IMG/VR virus record: IMGVR_UViG_3300032305_002440 | Coordinates: 1-49,270 of that record | Origin: a virus | Lineage: Duplodnaviria; Caudoviricetes | Strand: one strand, 5' to 3' | DNA: 49,270 nucleotides | Part shown: positions 9,624 through 19,123 of the stretch, piece by piece | How positions within the stretch are numbered: position 1 is the first letter of the stretch | Layout: each line of letters opens with the position of its first letter | Made by a program: the position numbers and the translations under genes | The notes under the pieces: generated by a model | What the model saw: the letters and a program-made list of their open reading frames with translations, nothing else | Databases searched by the model: none | What the model was told of the DNA's origin: nothing

Positions 9624-9931
9624 TGGGGAAAAAAGTGTCAAATACCACATTGTATGCTATACAGTGGCTTAATCATAAAAAGATGTCTACGTCAAGCATA
9701 GCCGAAGAACTTAATATTAAGGAAGAAGTTGTTATTTCCTCTCTGTCTTCTGTAGCTAATGAAGATGCTGCCAGTAGACTTGGTAAATTAATGATATCGG
9801 AGACAGCAGGAAAAAGAAACAAAGGCGTTTCTATTATGACAAAAGAAGCATCGTTTTTGTCTGACGAAGTTTCAAAAAAGGCTAAGAATCAAAAGAAAGA
9901 TAACTCAAATATTTTTAAGCCGAGAGGCTAA
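9623..9931 (+). CDS. hypothetical protein with possible N-terminal HTH
   Basis: YAIQWLNHKKMSTSSIAEELNIKEEVV resembles a helix-turn-helix. Confidence 0.5.
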   Translation: MGKKVSNTTLYAIQWLNHKKMSTSSIAEELNIKEEVVISSLSSVANEDAASRLGKLMISETAGKRNKGVSIMTKEASFLSDEVSKKAKNQKKDNSNIFKPRG

Positions 9932-9941
9932 TAATATCTTT

Positions 9942-10370
9942 ATGTCAGATACATATATCTCGAAATACTCCAATAACAAGGAAGTATCAGCTGCTCAGTA
10001 TATTACAGAAATTATATGCGAGCATCAGGCAGTTAGAAATAATAAGGATTTGCATTTTAGATTTTGGGTGACTAAAGAATGGTCGTCTTATTTTAAGAAT
10101 CAAATCTCTTCAGCACATAAGCTATTAAAAAAATATTCCTCTAAGGCGATAGTCATGGCCCTAAAGGACAAGGATGCTGCAAAAATATATTCCTTGCGAG
10201 CACCGCACCTAGGAGCTATCATAGACAGATATCAAAAGATTGTTGAGGCCGAAAATACGAAGCTCACGATCAATCTTAATAGATCCGACAATGTAAAGTA
10301 TAAAACGAATAAATCGGATCATAATAGCAAAAGCATTCTTTCTAGACTTAAGGAATTAGATAATGAGTAA
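9942..10370 (+). CDS. hypothetical protein
   Basis: 142-aa ORF overlapping the recA start. Confidence 0.6.
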   Translation: MSDTYISKYSNNKEVSAAQYITEIICEHQAVRNNKDLHFRFWVTKEWSSYFKNQISSAHKLLKKYSSKAIVMALKDKDAAKIYSLRAPHLGAIIDRYQKIVEAENTKLTINLNRSDNVKYKTNKSDHNSKSILSRLKELDNE

Positions 10371-11379
10371 TATAAAAACAGAGGTTAAAAAAGACTTTGG
10401 CGACGACATCATCTTATCTGGTAATTCGATAGTTGATAGAAAAATTGTTGTTATACCCGTAAGTCCTGCACTAGATATGGTTTTAAGTGGAGGTATTCCA
10501 GAGGGAAGCTTTGTTGTGTTGACCGGACAACCTAAGTGTGGGAAGACTGTCACATCACTAGACTTCGCTGCTACTGCACAAAGACCAGAATACCAAGGTG
10601 CCTCAAAAACACCAAGAGAAGTGTATTACCTAAACATAGAAGGTAGAATCAAGAAGAGAGACCTAGAAGGCATCAAAGGATTAGACCTTTCTCGTTTTCA
10701 TGTCATAGGAAGTCAACAAGGTAAAATTCTACACGCAGAAGAATATTTGCAGATTGGAGAAAAGATTATTAATCAAGAACCAGGATGCGTACTCATTATC
10801 GACTCCTACTCTGCCCTATGTACAGAAGCTGAAATTACTAGTGATATGGATAAGATGCAAAGAGCAGACGGAGCTAAATTACTGGCTAAGTTTTGCCGAA
10901 AAGTAGCCAATGTTATACCTGTCAATAAAAATATAGTAATAGGCATCACACATCTTATGGGTAATCCTACTGGATATGGGGCCGAATTTAAGGAAAAGAG
11001 CGGTCAGGCTATAGCCTATCAAACTGACATCAAGCTCAAGGCCAAAACTTTTAAACCGTGGACAACTGGGGCAGATGGTACGCAAATAGGGCAAGAGGTG
11101 GAGTGGCAGGTTGTGTGTTCTGCCCTCGGTCCTCCCGGAGCTACAACCACCAGCTATATACGATATGGTCAAGGTGTTGATAAGCATACAGAAATTATTA
11201 ATATTGCTTGTGATATAGGAGCAATAAATAAGGGAGGGGCTTGGTATACTCTAACTTCCGAAAAAGATAGTCCTAAATTTCAAGGAACAGAAAAGGTTAG
11301 AAACTATCTTATAGACAACCCAACCGCATATGATAATTTAGTTAAAGTGGTCAAAGAGACTATGGGTATTAAGGTATGA
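10363..11379 (+). CDS. recA: RecA/UvsX-like recombinase
   Basis: LDMVLSGGIPEG, Walker A GQPKCGKT, Walker B IIDS, C-terminal GAWY...KFQG. Confidence 0.88.
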   Translation: MSNIKTEVKKDFGDDIILSGNSIVDRKIVVIPVSPALDMVLSGGIPEGSFVVLTGQPKCGKTVTSLDFAATAQRPEYQGASKTPREVYYLNIEGRIKKRDLEGIKGLDLSRFHVIGSQQGKILHAEEYLQIGEKIINQEPGCVLIIDSYSALCTEAEITSDMDKMQRADGAKLLAKFCRKVANVIPVNKNIVIGITHLMGNPTGYGAEFKEKSGQAIAYQTDIKLKAKTFKPWTTGADGTQIGQEVEWQVVCSALGPPGATTTSYIRYGQGVDKHTEIINIACDIGAINKGGAWYTLTSEKDSPKFQGTEKVRNYLIDNPTAYDNLVKVVKETMGIKV

Positions 11380-11780
11380 TTATAAAAGACCTAGATAACA
11401 ACAAGATTTCTTGGTCAATTACTGGCTGTATTTCTAACAGTCGCAGTCAAAATAAGTCAGAACTACACCTAATAGCCAGATCCCTTATTCACGAGATCTT
11501 TCCTACTTTGCAAATTTTGGAAGAGGTACCAATACCTACGAGAAGAGGAGAGACACTGTATTTAGATTTTTACTTGCCTTTAATAAAAAAGGGCATAGAA
11601 GTTCATGGAGAACAACACTATAAGTTTGTTCAGTTTTATCACCAAAATGTTATGGGTTTTGTGAAGAGTAAAAAAAGAGACGAAGATAAACAAAACTGGT
11701 GCTGCAATAACGGAATAGAGTACATCGCTCTACCGTTCGATTCTGTAACAGAATGGAAGGAGTTAATAACAAATGCATAA
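11376..11780 (+). CDS. PD-(D/E)XK nuclease, DUF559/Vsr-like
   Basis: LDFYLP...IEVHGEQHY...RDEDK..WC..NGI. Confidence 0.7.
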   Translation: MIIKDLDNNKISWSITGCISNSRSQNKSELHLIARSLIHEIFPTLQILEEVPIPTRRGETLYLDFYLPLIKKGIEVHGEQHYKFVQFYHQNVMGFVKSKKRDEDKQNWCCNNGIEYIALPFDSVTEWKELITNA

Positions 11781-12258
11781 GACAGCTAAAGAAGAATTGG
11801 AAAGATGGGACTCAATATTGGACGAATATGAGCAATCAATAGGATTGCCAAAATATAATGGGTCTGTATCTTCGGATGAATTAAACGAATATCTTAATAT
11901 GGATAGGTCACAAATAGAAAAACTGACTCCTGAAGATTGTATACAAATTTCTATGAGACTTGCTCAGTTTTCTTTACATACTCAAAGAACAGTCAATAGA
12001 GAAACTGCTAGACACAATTGGGCAGATGAAACTATAAAAGAAGTTATCGCTGATGAAATCAATAACTATAAGGGATATGGATATATAGAAAAGTCTATGC
12101 AGGCTATAAAACACAATGAAAAAGCCAGCAATCTAAATTCTATTAAAAAATATGCAAAACAAAGAATGGATAGATTATCATATATAGCTAATGGTATTAA
12201 AAATTTATCAGACATACTGGTTGCAGTACAGAGAACAAAGGTGAAACATGGATCCTAA
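11773..12258 (+). CDS. helical hypothetical protein, possible recombination mediator
   Basis: Coiled-coil-like composition; position between recA and dnaB (function is inference). Confidence 0.45.
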   Translation: MHKTAKEELERWDSILDEYEQSIGLPKYNGSVSSDELNEYLNMDRSQIEKLTPEDCIQISMRLAQFSLHTQRTVNRETARHNWADETIKEVIADEINNYKGYGYIEKSMQAIKHNEKASNLNSIKKYAKQRMDRLSYIANGIKNLSDILVAVQRTKVKHGS

Positions 12259-12643
12259 AGATATGTTAAATGACCCTGAAAAAATCAAAGATATGATAGC
12301 AATGCTACAAGCACTTCTTCCACAAACGGAAGATAGTAAAACAACAACAAAAAGGAAGAATTCTAAGTCCGCTAAGGCTACTCCTGCAAAAGCTAAAAAG
12401 AGCAAGCAGACCCCTGACAATAGCGGCAATAAGTTTTTAGAAATGCAAGAAATGTATATGTTTAAGGACGACGCGGCTATAGATAAGAAACTATCTAAGA
12501 ATCCTCCAATACCAAGGACTAGACAATTCTCTTCCATCACTGTAAAATGTAGAGTGTGTGGCAGATCAGAGGAAGTTAATCCTGGTCTTGTCTATGACTC
12601 TTCTCGATATAAATGCAATAACTGCTCATCTACTCAGGGGTAA
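12248..12643 (+). CDS. hypothetical protein with C-terminal zinc ribbon
   Basis: CRVCG...CNNC; Lys-rich linker. Confidence 0.6.
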   Translation: MDPKDMLNDPEKIKDMIAMLQALLPQTEDSKTTTKRKNSKSAKATPAKAKKSKQTPDNSGNKFLEMQEMYMFKDDAAIDKKLSKNPPIPRTRQFSSITVKCRVCGRSEEVNPGLVYDSSRYKCNNCSSTQG

Positions 12644-12645
12644 GA

Positions 12646-14118
12646 ATGCCAAATATTTTATGTGATCCATCAGCTGAAAGAGCTGTTCTGGCTGGTATCT
12701 GTAATTATGGAGATGATGCCTTTCTTGATGTTGTAGATATTATTCAGGAGACATCTTTCACAGTTGATAGCAACGCTGTTTTGTATAAATGTATAAAGCA
12801 TATATGCGAAAAAGATAATAAACAATCATTAGACGTTGCGTCCATATACTCAGCTGCTCAAGAATTAGAACTAAGCCATATTCTTAATAAAAAAGAAGAA
12901 GCTCAACATCTAAAGGCAATTATAGATTTTCCTGTAAATTTGGACAATGTTCGTAAATTTGCTGCCAAAATACGTAAACTTGAAATAGCAAGATTACTGC
13001 GGAAGCAATTGGAGACAACTCAAAACAAAATATTAGAAGTAACAGGAAATGAATCTATATCTTCTATAGTAGGAATAGCTGAAGATAGCATCTTCAATTT
13101 TAGTTCTTTACTAAACGATGCTGAAAGTGGACCAGAAAAAATGTCCTCTTCTATTGACGAATATATTCAGCAATTGGAAGAGAACAAGGTAGATCAGGTA
13201 GGAATACCTACTGGATTTCCTGTATATGATCAAGCAATCGGAGGGGGTCTAAGAAGAGGAACCATCAATGTTATCGGAGCTAGACCCAAGGTTGGTAAAA
13301 CGCTCATGTCTGACAATATGGGTAAAAACATAGCGGCTCTAGGTATACCTGTTTTAAACATGGATACAGAAATGAATAAAGAAGATCATATTCACAGATT
13401 ATTAGCAATGATGAGTGAAGTTGATATGAGTTCTATCGAAACAGGGAAATTTGCCGAATCCGCAGACAAAAAGAATAAGATCTTGTCCGCCGTATCGAAA
13501 CTCAAAGAAATGAAGCTATATCATAAGAGTATTGCCGGTAAGCCATTCGAAGATCAGTTATCCATTATGAGAAGATGGCTGGTGAAAGAGGTGGGATTAA
13601 ACGATGATGGCACAGCAAAGGATTGCGTTATTTTTTATGACTATCTTAAACTTATGGATAGTGCGGGAATAAGTCAGGATCTGAAAGAGTATCAGGTTCT
13701 TGGTTTTATGATGACGAGTTTACATAACTTTGCTGTCAGATATAAAGTTCCGATTGTAGCATTTATTCAGCTAAACAGAGATGGTATAACTAAAGAAAGT
13801 ACAGATTCTGCTAGTGGATCAGATAGAATCATATGGCTATGTAGTAATTTTACAATATTCAAGAGAAAATCAGATGAAGAAATAGCAGAGGACGGAGCAG
13901 ATAACGGAAACAGGAAACTTGTTCCGTTGATTAGTAGGCACGGAGGAGGCTTAGATGACAACGATTATATTAATTGTCATATGAAGGGATGGTGTGCTAA
14001 GATTGTGGAAGGAAGGACCAGACTGGAGGTCATGAATAATGTATCGACTAAGAAAGAAGGATTTATTGTAGATGAGGAATCAGGCAACTCTAATGAAACA
14101 GCAATCCCCTTCGTATAA
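12646..14118 (+). CDS. dnaB: replicative DNA helicase
   Basis: AERAVLAG, GIPTGF, GARPKVGKT, TEM, DYLKLM, QLNR. Confidence 0.93.
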   Translation: MPNILCDPSAERAVLAGICNYGDDAFLDVVDIIQETSFTVDSNAVLYKCIKHICEKDNKQSLDVASIYSAAQELELSHILNKKEEAQHLKAIIDFPVNLDNVRKFAAKIRKLEIARLLRKQLETTQNKILEVTGNESISSIVGIAEDSIFNFSSLLNDAESGPEKMSSSIDEYIQQLEENKVDQVGIPTGFPVYDQAIGGGLRRGTINVIGARPKVGKTLMSDNMGKNIAALGIPVLNMDTEMNKEDHIHRLLAMMSEVDMSSIETGKFAESADKKNKILSAVSKLKEMKLYHKSIAGKPFEDQLSIMRRWLVKEVGLNDDGTAKDCVIFYDYLKLMDSAGISQDLKEYQVLGFMMTSLHNFAVRYKVPIVAFIQLNRDGITKESTDSASGSDRIIWLCSNFTIFKRKSDEEIAEDGADNGNRKLVPLISRHGGGLDDNDYINCHMKGWCAKIVEGRTRLEVMNNVSTKKEGFIVDEESGNSNETAIPFV

Positions 14119-15232
14119 TCAGCAGCATCTCAAAGCTATAAGTGATGCTGTCTGTGATAGAATAGAAGAACTGTTTGAAGTTTTACATGTAGAATACAAA
14201 CTGTATGATAAAATGGCCACTATGTCTTGTCCTATTCATGGAGGAGACAATGCTAGTGCGTGTAATGTTTATCATATTGGTGACTCATACAGAGGAAACT
14301 GGAAATGCAGAACACATAATTGTCATGAAGTTTTTAAATCTTCTATTATAGGCTTTATCCGGGGCTGCCTTTCTCACAGAAAATATAATTGGGAAAACGA
14401 TGGAGATAAGACGTGTTCTTTTAGTGAAGCTATACAGTTCGTTCAGCAGTTTCTCGGCAATAAGATCGATATGAATAGTTTATCATCCATAGACTCTAAA
14501 GCCAAAGATAAAAACGATTTTGTCAATACGGTAAGATACATCACAGAATCATCTAATAAAGACCAACTAAAGATATCTAAAAAATATCTGCTATCTAAGA
14601 TATCAGTGCCATCCAGCTATTTTTTAAGTAGAGGATTCAGCAATGAGACTCTTTCTAAGTACTATGTTGGTGACTGTTACGAAGAAGGCAAAGAGATGTA
14701 TCGTAGGTCTGTTGTTCCTATATTTGATGATAATGATGAATATATAATAGGCTGTACTGGACGAAGTTTGTTTGAAAAATGTTCAAAATGCAAGGCTTAT
14801 CACGATCCAAAAACTACTTGTCCTTCAGAAGCAGAGGCATGGAAATATTCCAAATGGAAGCATAGCGCTGGATTTAAGTCTGGGGATACAGTATATAATA
14901 TGTGGAATGCTAAAAAGCACATAAAATCTAGTAATAATACTGTAATCCTTGTAGAAAGCCCAGGTAATGTATGGAGATTAGAAGAAGCTGGCGTTCACAA
15001 CTCTATAGCTATCTTTGGTACGACTTTTACAGATCGTCAAAAAATGATTGTTGATTGTTCTGGCGCCATGAATATTATAACCATAATGGATAGCGACGAT
15101 GCTGGAAATCAAGCTAGAGACAAGATATATGCTAAATGTAAAAAAACTTATAATGTTACTCATATAGATATTCCGGCTGATGATATAGCATCTATGTCTA
15201 TTGAAGATATTAAAAAACTAAACATATTCTAA
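14093..15232 (+). CDS. dnaG: DNA primase (CHC2 Zn finger plus TOPRIM)
   Basis: CPIHGGDN...WKCRTHNC; VVPIFD...IIGCTGR; LVES; MDSDDAG; follows dnaB; ATG 14093 preferred over 14072. Confidence 0.85.
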   Translation: MKQQSPSYNQQHLKAISDAVCDRIEELFEVLHVEYKLYDKMATMSCPIHGGDNASACNVYHIGDSYRGNWKCRTHNCHEVFKSSIIGFIRGCLSHRKYNWENDGDKTCSFSEAIQFVQQFLGNKIDMNSLSSIDSKAKDKNDFVNTVRYITESSNKDQLKISKKYLLSKISVPSSYFLSRGFSNETLSKYYVGDCYEEGKEMYRRSVVPIFDDNDEYIIGCTGRSLFEKCSKCKAYHDPKTTCPSEAEAWKYSKWKHSAGFKSGDTVYNMWNAKKHIKSSNNTVILVESPGNVWRLEEAGVHNSIAIFGTTFTDRQKMIVDCSGAMNIITIMDSDDAGNQARDKIYAKCKKTYNVTHIDIPADDIASMSIEDIKKLNIF

Positions 15233-15248
15233 ACTAATAGGAAGTTTT

Positions 15249-15974
15249 ATGATCATAGGAATATCTGGGAAAAAACAATCTGGCAAGTCTACTAGTGGTA
15301 ATTTTATGTATTCTCTTATGATGGTAGAATCTGGAGTTACAGATAAGGCTTCCATTAACTGGATGGGACAGATAGAGGTATCCGACCTGTTCGGAGATAA
15401 AAACTATAAGGGACAATTCGACCCCTGCAATAGAAATATATCTGATTGGAATATTAAAAAAGCTTTTCAAGTCTTAGATCCAATTATTAAGATATATAAC
15501 TTTGCTGATATACTCAAACAAAATATCTGTATAGACATACTAGGTATGACATATGCTCAGTGCTATGGTTCTGATGCGGAGAAAAATGAAATCACAGACT
15601 TGCAGTGGGGTGGTGAAAAGCTGACAGCCAGAGACGCTATGCAACTCATAGGAACCGATCTGTTCAGAAAGCTTAAAACAAACGTGTGGGCTTCTGCAAC
15701 TTTAAAAAAGATAGACAAAGAAAAACCTAGAATATCCATTATCACAGACTGTAGATTTCCCAATGAAGTAGATGCTATAAAAGAATATGGTGGAGCAGTA
15801 GTAAGATTAACAAGAAAATACGACTCATCTACTCATACTAGCGAAACAATATTAGATCAAGATCAATATGACTGGAATAATTTTAATCATGTGATAAATA
15901 ACCAAGAAATGTCTATCTATGATCAATGCGTAGAATTACAAAATATCCTCAAGCTATATTTAGGAAATCAATGA
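15249..15974 (+). CDS. deoxynucleoside monophosphate kinase
   Basis: IIGISGKKQSGKST, FADILK, RDAMQLIGTDLFR, ITDCRFPNE, HTSE. Confidence 0.85.
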   Translation: MIIGISGKKQSGKSTSGNFMYSLMMVESGVTDKASINWMGQIEVSDLFGDKNYKGQFDPCNRNISDWNIKKAFQVLDPIIKIYNFADILKQNICIDILGMTYAQCYGSDAEKNEITDLQWGGEKLTARDAMQLIGTDLFRKLKTNVWASATLKKIDKEKPRISIITDCRFPNEVDAIKEYGGAVVRLTRKYDSSTHTSETILDQDQYDWNNFNHVINNQEMSIYDQCVELQNILKLYLGNQ

Positions 15975-17023
15975 TTATTACTTATTTTAGATCTTCCAGT
16001 TTCAATACTCACTCTATGTGTGAGCAGCAATACTATTTGGAATATGTACTAGGGTGGAGATCTCCCTCTGGACAGAAAGCTGACAAGGGAACTATTACTC
16101 ATAAGGTATTAGAAATTTTAGCTGTAATTAAAAAGGCACAGCAAGACAACCAAGAGTCTATTATAGATGATGTTGTAGGGGAATTAAACGTTAATGATTA
16201 TTCACTAGATGCTATTACTGAGAAAGTTTATAATCACTACTCCTCTCATAGTCCTCATCATAAATGGACAGCTAAAGACCACAAAGACTGCCATAACTGG
16301 GTATACAAGGCTATAGAATTTAATAATGGGATGTTTGATCCAAGAAATAGAAACATACTATGTCCAGAACAACACTTTGATTTTGAAATAAAGAAACCCT
16401 GGGCATCATACTCATTTGATACACAGGATGGCAAGGATGGAAAAATTTCTGGAAATTTGGCCTTAAAAGGCACTATTGACTTGATCACGCTGGTCAACGA
16501 TAATACCATAGAGGTCATCGACTGGAAAACAGGAAGAAGGTTGGACTGGGCCACAGGAGAAGAAAAGACACAAGAAAAATTAGAAAGAGATCCTCAACTT
16601 AGGATATATCATTATGCTATTAGCCACTTATATCCTAATATAGAGCATATTATTTTTTCAATATACTTTATCAATGATGGTGGTCCGTTTTCGATTTGTT
16701 TCGATAAAAAAGACTTAGCTGAAACTGAGAATATGCTAAGACAAAAGTTTGAAGTTATTAAGAAAACTAAGAAACCAAAACTACATAAGAGCTGGATGTG
16801 TACAAAATTATGCCACTTTGGAAAAACAACGTTCGACAACACCCATGTACAACCATTAACAGAATATAGAAATGGTCAAGTATGTGGTTCAGGTTCAACA
16901 ATGACCAAATGCGAACAAATAAAACATGACATCGAATTATACGGTATTAATTCAGTAACCAATGAGTATAAAAACAAGAACCACTCATTTGGACAATATA
17001 AAGCACCAGGAAGCACCACTTAA
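15971..17023 (+). CDS. Cas4/AddB-like PD-(D/E)XK exonuclease
   Basis: SSS...CEQQYY, GTITHKVLE, GTIDL...VIDWKTG, QLRIY, C-terminal Cys cluster; ATG 15971 overlaps upstream stop. Confidence 0.8.
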   Translation: MIITYFRSSSFNTHSMCEQQYYLEYVLGWRSPSGQKADKGTITHKVLEILAVIKKAQQDNQESIIDDVVGELNVNDYSLDAITEKVYNHYSSHSPHHKWTAKDHKDCHNWVYKAIEFNNGMFDPRNRNILCPEQHFDFEIKKPWASYSFDTQDGKDGKISGNLALKGTIDLITLVNDNTIEVIDWKTGRRLDWATGEEKTQEKLERDPQLRIYHYAISHLYPNIEHIIFSIYFINDGGPFSICFDKKDLAETENMLRQKFEVIKKTKKPKLHKSWMCTKLCHFGKTTFDNTHVQPLTEYRNGQVCGSGSTMTKCEQIKHDIELYGINSVTNEYKNKNHSFGQYKAPGSTT

Positions 17024-17024
17024 T

Positions 17025-17030
17025 AAGGAG
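17025..17030 (+). promoter_or_regulatory. Shine-Dalgarno site for the true dnaE-N start (ATG 17039)
   Basis: AAGGAG 8 nt upstream of ATG 17039; no comparable SD before TTG 17103. Confidence 0.8.
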
Positions 17031-17038
17031 ACAAATTG

Positions 17039-18938
17039 ATGGGCGTGAATAGGAAATATATTCCTTTACACGTCCATTCTTAGGGAATCCCACTATTCTC
17101 TATTGGATGGACTTAGTAAAACTACACAGATAGCAAACAGGTGCTCTAAAATAGAAGCTAGGGCGTGTGCGTTAACAGACCACGGAAACATAGCTGGGGC
17201 TGTTAAGTTTTATGGTGATATGTTAAAAAGTGATATTAAACCGATATTAGGATGTGAATTATATATTTGTGATCAAAATCCAGCTATACAAGAAACATCA
17301 AATAGAAAACTTTCTCACTTTATTGTCTTGGCTAAAAACTATAAAGGATGGAAAAATTTAATTCGTATAGTATCTGAGTCCAATAGGCCCGATTATTTTT
17401 ATCACAAACCAAGGCTAGATATTGCAACTCTAAGAGAGATTGTAGATCCAGATAATATGCTAGCTATTGTTGGACATCTTGGTTCTACATTAGCTAATAA
17501 GATTATAGATGAAAACAACACCATTAACAAAGACTATATAAATATTGGGTCCAACTTTATTAGCAGTATTAAAGATATATTTGGCAAGAATAATGTCTTT
17601 CTTGAGGCACAATTAATGGACAAAGATAATCTACCTTTGCAAATTAGTCTGACGGGTGCTATAAGGGACTTGGGAAAAGAGACAAACACCAAGGTTATCT
17701 GTACTCCAGATGCGCACTACGCGGAAAGAGATGACGCTATGGATCAGAGGATACTCTTGTGCAATAACTTAAAGACAACCCTGAATAAGATAAATAGTAA
17801 GATCCAAAATCAGGAATCTATAGGTATGGATTGTTTCTTTCTATCTGACAACTATCACATTCCTTCTCAAGAAGAAATATCTAATTTGCACACAGAGCAA
17901 GAAATAGATAACACTAATATAGTTGCAGATATGTGTGAACAATATGATATCTTAGATAAGCCACATTTGCCGTCGTTTGATTGTCCAAAGGGATATAATC
18001 CCGATGAATATCTTAGACAATTATGTAGAGATGGCTGGAGAGAGAAAATACAAAATAATATACCTAAAGAGGATCAAGAAACATATGTACAGAGAATCAA
18101 ATCTGAGTTAGAAGTTTTACAGGGTGCTGGTTTGTCTAGTTACTTTTTAATAGTGCAAGACATTGTGAGACACGTTAAAGAACAAGGATGGCTTCCTGGT
18201 CCGGGAAGAGGTAGTGCGGCTGGATGCTTGGTCTCTTATTTGATAGGTATCACCAGTATTAATCCCATAAAATATGATCTATTATTTGAAAGATTTTACA
18301 ATGCCGGTAGAAATACCAAAGACAGAATTAGTATGCCTGATATAGATATAGACGTACCAATTAATAAAAGAGAATATGTAATTGAATACATAAAGTCTAA
18401 GTACGGGCGAGATAAGGTTTCTCAAATGATTACCTTTAATACCATGAAAGGTAGAGGTGCTCTAAAAGATGTGTTGAGAGCTTATGATAATATAAGTTTT
18501 GAAGAAATGAACCGTATAACAAAACACATCCCAGACGAAGCTAAAATAGCAGACGAACTACAAGAAATGAAAGATGACACGGGGGAATCTTCTATTATCC
18601 GCTGGGCACTAGAAAACAATGTTGACAAACTGAAGGAGTGGTGCTATATTAATGAAGACGGAGCGTTGGCTGGCCCTCTAGCCAAGCGATTTGAACAAGC
18701 AATACGCTTAGAGGGAACAAAGTCTAATCAGTCAAAACATGCTGCTGGTGTATTAATTAGTAGTCAAGGATTAGCAGATATGTGTCCTATGGTTTATGAT
18801 ACAAGAAATAAGCAAACTATTGCAGGTATGGAAATGCAAGATTTGGAAGCTATAGGTGGCATAAAATTTGATATCCTTGGTGTTGCTATGTTAGATAAAA
18901 TTATGACCATATCAGATTTTCTAAAAAATGGAGAATAA
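17039..18938 (+). CDS. dnaE: DNA polymerase III alpha, N-terminal part (PHP plus palm/thumb); reading frame interrupted by 10 nt at 17081-17090
   Basis: 17039-17080 encodes MGVNRKYIPLHVHS then TAG; from 17091 the +1 frame gives HYSLLDGLS...ALTDHGN, KPILGCE, DAHY, GPGRGSAAG, LLFERF, MPDIDID, KHAAG, KFDILG. Confidence 0.88.
17072..17112 (+). other. 16-bp mRNA hairpin enclosing the stop codon and 10-nt coding gap (candidate recoding signal)
   Basis: GTCCATTC (17072-79) pairs with GGATGGAC (17105-12); TAGGGAAT (17081-88) pairs with ATTCTCTA (17095-102); one G-U pair per stem; loop CCCACT. Confidence 0.65.
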
Positions 18939-18940
18939 AC

Positions 18941-19123
18941 ATGACTGATAAAAAATTTAGTGAACTAAATATCAATGATAGATTTGTTGTAAACGGAATG
19001 GAATATATCAAGACTGATACTGTCAGAGTTAGTTGTTGTAAGTCTATAAATTGTCAAGAAGCAGGTAATTCTGCTGTTAAATCTTTTTTCCCAGAGGATG
19101 CCACGGTACAAGTAAATGCCTAA
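18941..19123 (+). CDS. small hypothetical protein between the dnaE halves
   Basis: 60 aa, GGAG RBS, overlaps the exonuclease start. Confidence 0.65.
   Translation: MTDKKFSELNINDRFVVNGMEYIKTDTVRVSCCKSINCQEAGNSAVKSFFPEDATVQVNA

Noticed and set aside
15971-17023. Cas4-like gene as part of a CRISPR-Cas system
   Set aside because: No array or other cas genes; stand-alone Cas4-like nucleases are common in phage replication modules.
17081-17083. Genome-wide TAG reassignment as the explanation for the dnaE stop
   Set aside because: The downstream coding sequence is in a different frame, readthrough meets TAG TAA, other long genes are intact under the standard code, and TAG ends ORFs 299..646 and 47738..49270.
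17103-18938. ORF-track start of dnaE-N at TTG 17103
   Set aside because: It lacks an SD, lies inside the hairpin and omits the HxH metal ligands, which are encoded upstream behind a strong SD.
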